Notes: generated from the sequence alone by a model not told the origin. A stretch of DNA of 8,967 bases from Octopus sinensis (GCF_006345805.1 NW_021828104.1:1-8967); one strand, 5' to 3'. Shown: positions 1-6,389, numbered from the stretch's first letter. Made by a program: numbers and translations.

Positions 1-189
1 GAATTCTTCCACTAAAGAAAGAGCTCTATCTTAGGAATGTAGATAACGAAAACAATGTCACATTTTAAAACTCGGAAAAGTCTTGCATAGTATTACTGTT
101 CCGCTTACAGATTGTATTTGTAATGTGCGAATCAGCTGGTTGATATTTTTTTCTGAAAATCGAAGCTTATCAAGATTTTCACTTTCAAA
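1..189 (-). mobile_element. RLE-type non-LTR retrotransposon (R4/Dong-like), fragment 5: ORF C-terminus, stop codon and start of 3' UTR
   Basis: Minus strand 180->58 translates ENLDKLRFSEKNINQLIRTLQIQSVSGTVILCKTFPSFKM* (TGA at 60-58). This resembles the helical C-terminal end of R4/Dong-type RLE ORFs and continues the fragment at 590-869. Confidence 0.75.
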
Positions 190-589
190 AGGAGTGGCTG
201 TGTGGTAAGTAGCTAGCTAACCAACCACATGGTTCCGGGTTCAGCGCCACCGCGTGGCATCTTGGGCAAGTGTCTTCTGCTATAGCCCCGGGCCGACCAA
301 TGCCTTGAGAGTGGATTTGGTAGACGGAAACTGAAAGAAGCCTGTTGTATATATGTATATATATGTATGTGTGTGTATGTGTTTGTCTCCCTAGCATTGT
401 TTGACAATCGATGCTGGTGTGTTTACGTCCCCGTAACATTAGCGGTTCGGCAAAAGAAACCGATAGAATAAGTACTGGGCTTACAAAGAATAAGTCCCGG
501 GGTCGATTTGCTCAACTAAAGGCGGTGCTCCAGCATGGCCGCAGTCAAATGACTGAAACAAGTAAAAGAGTAAAAGAGTAAAGAGAGTA
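190..589 (+). mobile_element. tRNA-derived SINE, family A, near full length
   Basis: A-box-like TGGCTGTGTGGT (195-206), B-box-like GGTTCAGCGCC (238-248), CORE-like CTTGGGCAAGTGTCTT, internal TA/TG microsatellite linker (~347-382), 3' stem-loop CAGTC-AAAT-GACTG (542-555) and (AGTAAAAG)n tail. Four other partial copies occur in the window. Confidence 0.9.
195..248 (+). promoter_or_regulatory. Internal Pol III promoter (A and B boxes) of SINE A
   Basis: TGGCTGTGTGG and GGTTCAGCGCC at tRNA-like spacing. The B box is diverged from GGTTCGANNCC. Confidence 0.55.
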
Positions 590-869
590 CTCCAGTTATT
601 ATTGGTATAAATGTAAATTTATAATCTAGATATTGAAGCCGGAGGTTTCCAAGCAGTTGTCCATAATTATCCTCTTTCTCTTTGAATTCCAAAGCGATAT
701 ACACATCAGCAGGACAGCTGACCGCTATGATGGTACATGCTTTTTCTTGTCAGTCCTAAATAACAATATCCGACCTGTTGTCCTTGCATTTGACAGATGT
801 TTCGATGGGAATATTCCACCGGTGTTCCTTGTCTTGATGTTCGTGCATGTATTCAGTAACAAGGGGATT
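590..869 (-). mobile_element. RLE retrotransposon fragment 4: degenerate restriction-like endonuclease domain
   Basis: Minus strand translates PLVTEYMHEHQDKEHRWNIPIETSVKCKDNRSDIVI*D*QEKACTIIAVSCPADVYIALEFKEKEDNYGQLLGNLRLQYLDYKFTFIPIITGV. This matches the RLE pattern (N/H)RPDIV...IEVS.P...K.E K..(K/N)Y...PI.IG, with PD->SD, E->A and two in-frame stops, so it is inactive. Confidence 0.85.
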
Positions 870-1225
870 ACTCTTACTCTTTTTACTCTTTTACTTGTTT
901 CAGTCATTTGACTGCGGCCATGCTGGAGCACCGCCTTTAGTCGAGCAAATCGACCCCGGGACTTATTCTTTTGTAAGCCCAGTACTTATTCTATCGGTCT
1001 CTTTCGCCGAACCGCTAATTGACTGGGACGTAAATACACCAGCATCGGTTGTTAAGCAATGCTAGGGGGATAAACACAGACACACACACACATACGCATA
1101 CATATATATATATATATATATATATACGACGGGCTTCTTTCAGTTTCCGTCTACCAAATCCACTCACAAGGCATTGGTCGGCCCGGGGCTATAGCAGAAG
1201 ACACTTGCCCAAGATGCCACGCAGT
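870..1225 (-). mobile_element. SINE family A, 5'-truncated copy
   Basis: Reverse complement of ~250-589 with few differences. Flanked by GGGATT at 864-869 and 1226-1231 (6-bp TSD). Removing it restores the LINE frame (GINIQNP|LVTEY). Confidence 0.9.
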
Positions 1226-1299
1226 GGGATTCTGTATATTTATGCCAGGACAGTCTTTTTTCCGAATGGTACTGTATATTGTCTGCGACAAAATCGTGT
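1226..1299 (-). mobile_element. RLE retrotransposon fragment 3 (between RHD motif and endonuclease)
   Basis: Minus strand gives HDFVA, a frameshift, then TIYSTIRKKDCPGINIQNP. It bridges RHD at 1692-1684 to LVTEY below 864. Confidence 0.7.
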
Positions 1300-1679
1300 A
1301 CTTACTTACTTGTACTTGTGGCGACATTCACTCTGGGCGGGTTCAGTCGGCTTCTTCTACCATGGAAGAATTTTCATGGGAATATGTGGATTTCACGAGC
1401 GGTCCCCAACAATCCCGCATGTGGAGACATCCTGTTTGCCGCAGATTGTCCGCAGACGCAGGGACAGAACGACCAAGGAGCCACCGGTTGCCGAAACAGA
1501 CACTCCGAGGATTTTCACCAGAGCCCCGTCTGCCGGATTGTGGCCCTAATACCACTCGGCGTCAGACCAATCTACCTTGGGTGGCCCAATCAAGAACCGA
1601 AGTTCCCGGCGGCATAGCTTTGACACTGCCCGTTGCCAGCGTCCCCACGACGGTGTGGAGGGGTTGGACTTTGGGGACG
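1300..1679 (-). mobile_element. Unidentified 380-bp GC-rich retro-insertion with (AAGT)-type tail
   Basis: Interrupts the LINE at RHD. Bounded by the degenerate 11-bp direct repeat CAAAATCGTGT (1289-1299) / CAAAGTCATGT (1680-1690). The minus-strand 3' end is ACAAGTACAAGTAAGTAAGT. No convincing protein motif was found. Confidence 0.65.
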
Positions 1680-2171
1680 CAAAGTCATGTCGCATAGGGA
1701 GATAGTATCTTGGCATTTTGGGGGAAGCTGCTAATCACATGTGTGATGTCTCCCACAATAATATGACATAATCTACATTTTCGGTTGCACCTTGGAGCCC
1801 CTTAGGCTTCCCACTCGCTTTTGTTCATTAGGTATTTCGTAGCAATCTCCTCTTCTTGGATTGCAAATGCATAGCGTTCGGAGTGTGATGTGATGTAGCA
1901 GTCACTAGTCGAAGAGAGGCTGCGCTTCATGCCAATGTTGCTTCAAGAAACATACCCATCCATAATCTTTTTTGGTATGCTGAGCGTTTCGCATCCAGGT
2001 CTTCTTTGATATATGTTAGTCCGGCTGTTTTTCGGTTGTATGGGAGCTCATTAAGAAAAGAGGGTTTCCTGAGGACACAGAGGATATTGTTTTCTTCACA
2101 TATCAACACTAAGTTAATGTATTTATTTCTGCTGCTGTTGTTTAGCAAATGCTGTCTGAGAGAGATTAAAT
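1680..2171 (-). mobile_element. RLE retrotransposon fragment 2: post-RT linker and CCHC zinc knuckle
   Basis: Minus strand reads LISLRQHLLNNSSRNKYINLVLICEENNI...AYQK/KIMDGYV*...SERYAFAIQEEEIATKYLMNK...*...KCRLCHIIVGDITHVISSF/PKMPRYYLPMRHD. This is a C-x2-C-x8-H-x4-(C>F) knuckle (CRLC at 1777-1766) followed by RHD, typical of R2-superfamily elements. It carries frameshifts and stops. Confidence 0.88.
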
Positions 2172-2484
2172 TGTTGTTGTTTGTTTGTTCCTTCTCGAGC
2201 CATACCTGGCTATAAGGGCCGGTTTCCCGGTTTCGTGGCGTATAGGTTCCCCCACCTGGACGGGACACCGGTCCGTCGCAGGTGATCTGCAAGATGCAGA
2301 AGGAAAGAGTGAGAGAAAGTTGTTGTGAAAAAGTCAGCAGAAGTTCGCCATTACCTTCTGCCGGAGCCGCGTGGAACTTAGGTGTTTCGCTCATAAACAC
2401 ACACATCGTCCGGTCTGAGATTCGAACCCGCGATCCCTCGACCGCGAGTCTGCTGCTCTAACCACTAGGCCATGTGCCTCCACT
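2172..2484 (-). mobile_element. tRNA-derived SINE, family B, full length with perfect 13-bp TSD
   Basis: Minus strand has A box TGGCCTAGTGG (2472-2462), B box GGTTCGAATC (2428-2419) and an (AAC)n/(AAAC)n tail. TSD AGAGAGATTAAAT occurs at 2159-2171 and 2485-2497. Confidence 0.92.
2419..2472 (-). promoter_or_regulatory. Intact Pol III A and B boxes of SINE B
   Basis: TGGCCTAGTGG and GGTTCGAATC match the tRNA box consensus. Confidence 0.75.
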
Positions 2485-2820
2485 AGAGAGATTAAATGCC
2501 ATCCGATGGCTTCTCTGCACTGATCTGAAGCCTGTACTTCCTCTGTCTCTTCTTAGATAGGACCTGTCGATATCACTGCGGAGATTTCCAGTTGATGCGA
2601 GTACCTTGTGGGTTTTAACGTCTTTCGAGTGGATTTTCTTTGCAGACCAGTCAAGTATCCTAAATGCTGGAATCAGCACTGGTACTGCAAATGCAATGTG
2701 GGACATTGTATTCTTGTAAGAAAGAGAGTTCCGACAACCAAATTAACCAAAGTCTGGCATAATATACTCGGATCCCGCTAGCTTTATTCACAGTAACTTC
2801 GTATTATAAGCTTCCATCGA
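2485..2820 (-). mobile_element. RLE retrotransposon fragment 1: RT C-terminal/thumb region; recognisable homology ends at the (TATG)n tract
   Basis: Minus strand reads ...VYYARLWLIWLSELS/SYKNTMSHIAFAVPVLIPAFRILDWSAKKIHSKDVKTHKVLASTGNLRSDIDRSYLRRDRGSTGFRSVQ. This matches the R4/Dong-type FAVPVL...W...D.KTRK...SD.DRLY.PR..GGRGL pattern, with frameshifts. Confidence 0.85.
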
Positions 2821-3415
2821 TGTATGTATGTATGTATGTATGTATGTATGCATGTATGTATGTATGTATTCGTGTATGTATGCATGTATGTATGTATGTA
2901 TGTATGTATGTATGCATGTATGTATGTATGCATGTATATAGGTATGTATGCATGTATGTATGTATGTATGTATGTATGTATGTATGTATGTATGTATGTA
3001 TGTATGTATGTATGTATGTATGTATGCATGCATGCATGTATGTATGTATGTATGTATGTATGTATGTATGTATGTATGTATGTATGTATGTATGTATGTA
3101 TGCATGTATATAGGTATGTATGCATGTATGTATGCATGTATATAGGTATGTATGTATGTATGGATATAGGTATGTATGCATGTATGGATATAGGTATGTA
3201 TGCATGTATGTAGGTATGTATGCATGCATGCATGCATGTATGTATGTATATATGCATGTATGTATGCATGTATGTATGTATATATGCATGTATGTATGTA
3301 TGTATATATGCATGTATGTATGTATGTATGTATGTATATAGGTATGTATGTATGTATGCATGTATGTATGTATATAGGTATGTATGCATGTAGGTATGTA
3401 TGTATGTAGGTATGT
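2820..3415. repeat. (TATG)n / (CATA)n tetranucleotide microsatellite with TGCA, TAGG and TATAGG variants
   Basis: About 595 bp seen directly. It is the source of the HTYI/MYVC pseudo-ORFs. Confidence 0.98.
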
Positions 3416-3419
3416 CTTC

Positions 3420-4195
3420 AGTTCAGCCATCACCACCATGATCAACATTGTCCTCATCACCACCGCCGCCGCTACCACGAAGACGACGACTAACACCAGC
3501 ACCCCCCCCCCCCACACACACACCACTACCACCAGCACGACGATCGCCATCACCACCGCTAAAACCAGTAGCAGCAGCAGCTCCATCACCTCCAGGACCA
3601 CCATTACCACAGCCAACACTACTACCACCACCACCATCATCATCATCATCACCATCAACATTATGCTATCGTAGCCATCAATATCTTCACCCCCACCCCA
3701 TCACCACCACCACCATCATCATCATCACCATCGTCATCATCATCATCATCATCGTCATCATCATCATCACCATCGTCATCATCATCACCGTCATCATCAT
3801 CACAATCATAATCATCATCATCATCATCACCATCAACATTATGCTATCGTAGCCATCAATATCTTCACCCCCACCCCATCACCACCACCACCATCATCAT
3901 CATCACCATCGTCATCATCATCATCATCATCGTCATCATCATCATCACCATCGTCATCATCATCACCGTCATCATCATCACAATCATAATCATCATCATC
4001 ATCATTATGCTATCGTAGCCATCAATATCATCACCCCCACCCCATCACCATCACCACCACCATCATCGTCATCATCATCATCATCATCGTCATCATCATC
4101 ACAATCATAATCATCATCATCATCATCATTATGCTATCGTAGCCATCAATATCACCACCACCACCACCACCACCATCATCATCGTCATCGTCGTT
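3420..4195. repeat. (CAT/CAC/CGT)n low-complexity tract containing a higher-order minisatellite
   Basis: The identical 26-bp anchor ATTATGCTATCGTAGCCATCAATATC occurs at 3660, 3838, 4004 and 4128, separated by homologous triplet tracts. Confidence 0.95.
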
Positions 4196-4274
4196 AGAGA
4201 GATATTTATCGTCATTGCTGACAAAATTAATGTCATCGTAATGACAAATATTCGTCACACCCGACCATAACTAT

Positions 4275-4620
4275 ACACCCACTACAACCACCACCACCAC
4301 CACCACCACCGCCGCCGCCACCACCATTACTATCATCTCTACCACCTCCACCACCCCTTACCACCACCCCTTACCACCACCCTTGTCATTACCCCTACCA
4401 CTTCCACCACCACTACCACACCACCACTAGCAACTACTACCATCACCACCACCACCACCACCATCACCGCCACCATCACCACCACCACCACTATCACTAC
4501 CACTGTGAACATTCCCTTGACTACGATCACTATATTCACTACCACCAATACTACTTTTATTCCTGCAGCTTGCACATATCCACCACCACCACTAACTACC
4601 ACAACCATCACAACAAACCA
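4275..4620. repeat. Degenerate (CAC/TAC/CAT)n low-complexity tract
   Basis: Seen directly. Confidence 0.9.
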
Positions 4621-4674
4621 ACGGAAGAACCCCTCGGGAGTAGCTCGATCTATTACGATAATTATCTCTCTAAA

Positions 4675-4694
4675 GATGATGATGATGCTGCTGG

Positions 4695-4751
<57 letters not shown>

Positions 4752-4788
4752 CGATGACGATGATGGTGATGATGATGGTGATGATGAT
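4675..4788. repeat. (GAT)n microsatellite
   Basis: Long, nearly pure GAT run with GCT/GGT/GAC variants. Confidence 0.97.
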
Positions 4789-4851
4789 CAACTGAAGAAC
4801 CTCTCATAAGTTGCTCGATCTCTCAGGAATGGCAGTCAGATCTTCTTTAAA

Positions 4852-5030
4852 GCTTAGAGCACAGTCTTGGAGAATTTTCAAGGAATACATCGACCCCGGG
4901 ACTAATTATATTCGATTTTTCTTCAAACCTGGTTCTTATTCTAAAGTCTCTTTTACCGAACCGCTAGATTACAGGAACGTAAATACATCAACACCGGTTG
5001 TCAAGCAGTGGTGGGGGTCCAACACATGCA
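4852..5030 (-). mobile_element. SINE family A, diverged 3' half
   Basis: ATCGACCCCGGGACT...TTATTCTA..GTCTCTTTT.CCGAACCGCTA...ACGTAAATACA...CGGTTGTCAAGCA aligns with 950-1060. Confidence 0.8.
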
Positions 5031-5035
<5 letters not shown>

Positions 5036-5062
<27 letters not shown>

Positions 5063-5098
5063 AACTCATATATATATATATATATGTGTGTATATATA
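5036..5098. repeat. (CA)n followed by (TA)n microsatellite (SINE A linker-type)
   Basis: Seen directly. Same order as the linker at 1073-1126. Confidence 0.9.
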
Positions 5099-5312
5099 AC
5101 GGGAAGCTTTATGAAAATAAACAAAAGACGAAGGCAGGTGGAATACAAACAAACAATTGTATTAGTATGGCGCTCAGGAATATAAATAAAACAAGTCTTT
5201 TACGTTTCGAGCCTACGCTCTTCAACAGAAAGATACACAGAAAAGAAACACGGAGAGAAACAAGGAGATAAAAAAAATGCGTGCAGAAGCTAGCGAATCA
5301 ACATGGCGATCT
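5099..5312 (-). mobile_element. Hammerhead-bearing repeat module 1 (Penelope-like/retrozyme-like, non-coding)
   Basis: Aligns by eye along most of its length with 5338-5525. It is bounded by TA-rich microsatellites and contains a hammerhead-like motif. Confidence 0.65.
5196..5233 (-). ncRNA. Minimal type I hammerhead ribozyme-like motif (A6>U core variant)
   Basis: Minus strand TCTTT CTGTTGA A GAGC-GTAG-GCTC GAAA CG TA AAAGA gives a 5-bp helix I, a 4-bp helix II and a palindromic ACGU helix III. The putative GUA cleavage site is at 5201/5200. Confidence 0.65.
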
Positions 5313-5337
5313 GTATGTGTGTATATATATATATATA

Positions 5338-5525
5338 GGGAGAGTTTACGAAAAAAACAACAGACGAAGACAGGTGGTGTACAAAACAAACAGATGTATT
5401 AGTTTAACGCTCGGGAATAGAAAAAGTATTTTACGTTTCAAGCCTACGCTCTTCTACAGAAAGGGACACAGAAAAAACAAGGAGTGAACAAGGAGAGAAA
5501 TAATGTGTGTAGTGGCTAACGATGT
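5338..5525 (-). mobile_element. Hammerhead-bearing repeat module 2 (diverged sister of module 1)
   Basis: Shares AGACGAAG.CAGGTGG, TGTATTAGT, CGCTC.GGAATA, TTTTACGTTTC.AGCCTACGCTCTTC.ACAGAAAG and ACAAGGAG with module 1. Confidence 0.65.
5429..5462 (-). ncRNA. Minimal hammerhead ribozyme-like motif, decayed (CUGUAGA core)
   Basis: Minus strand TTT CTGTAGA A GAGC-GTAG-GCTT GAAA CG TA AAA. Helix II closes with G-U, consistent with CpG decay. The putative GUA site is at 5432/5431. Confidence 0.55.
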
Positions 5526-5610
5526 GCGTGTGAGTATCTGTGCGTATGCCTGTGTGTATGTGTGCGTGCATATGTGTGAATGTGTGAGTGTATGTGTTTG
5601 TTTGTGTATG
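5526..5610. repeat. Degenerate (TG)n microsatellite
   Basis: Seen directly. Confidence 0.85.
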
Positions 5611-5760
5611 CGACGAGCTTCTTTCAGTTTCCGTCTACCATATCCACTCAGAAAGCTTTGGCAGGCCCGATGCAATAGTAGGAGACATATGCCCAAGGTG
5701 CCGCGCAGTGAGACTGAACCTGGGGCCATGTGGTTGAGAAGCAAGCTGCTTACCACACAG
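5611..5760 (-). mobile_element. SINE family A, 5' half including tRNA-like head
   Basis: CGACGAGCTTCTTTCAGTTTCCGTCTACCA...GCCCAAGGTGCCGCGCAGTG...CCATGTGGTTG...CTTACCACACAG is the reverse complement of ~197-347. Confidence 0.88.
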
Positions 5761-5779
5761 ACACAGACACACAGACACA

Positions 5780-5811
<32 letters not shown>
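5761..5811. repeat. (CA)n / (ACACAG)n microsatellite
   Basis: Seen directly. Confidence 0.95.
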
Positions 5812-5812
<1 letters not shown>

Positions 5813-5995
5813 CCAAATAGAATAAACGAACATCAAAAATAACAATAACTAACAAGAGCACGAGCATATGGATTGTAATACTTTGAGACTCAGTAAAAGG
5901 AGAGAGAGATTTTGACATTTCGAGCGCATAACTCTTCGTCAGAAAGGAAAAATTTGAAAAGGGAAAATCCTCAAAAGGGGAAAATCACCAACAGC
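5812..5995 (-). mobile_element. Hammerhead-bearing repeat module 3 (more distant subfamily)
   Basis: Same layout as modules 1 and 2: A-rich arm, GTAATA..T.A.GCTCAG-like segment, then TTTCGAGC...CTCTTCGTCAGAAAG. Boundaries are approximate. Confidence 0.55.
5911..5945 (-). ncRNA. Minimal type I hammerhead ribozyme-like motif with canonical CUGANGA core
   Basis: Minus strand TTT CTGACGA A GAG-TTATGCG-CTC GAAA TG TC AAA. The putative GUC site is at 5914/5913. Helix III reads AUGU, probably ACGU after CpG decay. Confidence 0.65.
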
Positions 5996-6060
5996 ACGTG
6001 TATATTTACATTGCGGAAGTCACTATACATATATGAAATTGAGAATTAGTCACCCGTGTT

Positions 6061-6064
6061 ATAT

Positions 6065-6104
<40 letters not shown>

Positions 6105-6108
6105 TAAT

Positions 6109-6142
<34 letters not shown>

Positions 6143-6144
6143 AT
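6061..6144. repeat. (TA)n microsatellite
   Basis: Seen directly. Confidence 0.97.
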
Positions 6145-6389
6145 GTAAAATTTATAAGTAAGGGCAAAAAAAAAAATTTCTAATGCCAAAATATGCCGAA
6201 AATAGACACAACGTCAATAACCATGTAATTTATCACTACAAGCACACGTTTCGAAGAAAGCCGACAGGAAATTTCTAAAAAATCTGGTTACTACCATATC
6301 GGACCCGATTTCAGAGTTAGTTCATAAGAACCTTCCCTTCATCAGTGATAAATGCGGCAAAGAAATAAGTGAAATACTTACTTACACCC
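6145..6389 (-). mobile_element. Module 4: ~245-bp element between two (TA)n tracts, carrying an extended hammerhead-like fold
   Basis: Sharply bounded by (TA)n on both sides and contains the motif at 6228-6353. Confidence 0.5.
6228..6353 (-). ncRNA. Type I hammerhead-like motif with an 86-nt expanded stem-loop II
   Basis: Minus strand ATTTATCA CTGATGA AGGGAAGG...CTTTCTTC GAAAC GTGTGCTT GTA G TGATAAAT. It has an 8-bp helix I, intact CUGAUGA (6345-6339) and GAAAC (6252-6248), and a GUA triplet. One extra G lies between the triplet and helix I, and stem II is GU-rich. Confidence 0.5.

Noticed and set aside
180-600. TSD for the SINE at 190-589
   Set aside because: No direct repeat was found at the flanks. 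A few LINE codons seem to be missing at the junction, suggesting a small deletion, but this cannot be verified without a consensus.
1620-1680. HDV-like ribozyme at the 5' end of the 380-bp insert
   Set aside because: A P1-like 7-bp helix starting with G exists, but I could not place P3/L3, the GG of P1.1 or a P2 partner. It was kept only as a hairpin.
1049-1697. Overlapping plus-strand ORFs of 112-166 aa
   Set aside because: They cross SINE, LINE and insertion boundaries in the antisense direction and show no recognisable domain.
1927-2406. 159-aa minus-strand ORF as a real CDS
   Set aside because: It is chimeric: the first half is SINE B read through its tail and the second half is a frameshifted LINE remnant.
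2405-2484. Functional tRNA gene
   Set aside because: A/B boxes are present but the acceptor and anticodon stems do not pair properly. It is the head of a TSD-flanked SINE.
3660-4153. CRISPR-like pattern of identical 26-bp palindromic repeats with spacers
   Set aside because: Spacers are 98-152 nt, mutually homologous low-complexity triplets. The context is eukaryotic and there are no cas genes.
2784-4809. Long ORFs (up to 285 aa) of HTYI, MYVC, poly-I, poly-M, poly-D and poly-V
   Set aside because: They are translations of (TATG)n and triplet microsatellites, open in several frames on both strands simply because the repeats lack stops.
4791-4821. Fifth hammerhead (CTGAAGA...GCTCGA) on the plus strand
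   Set aside because: There is no GAAA box (it reads GATC) and no helix II or helix I pairing.
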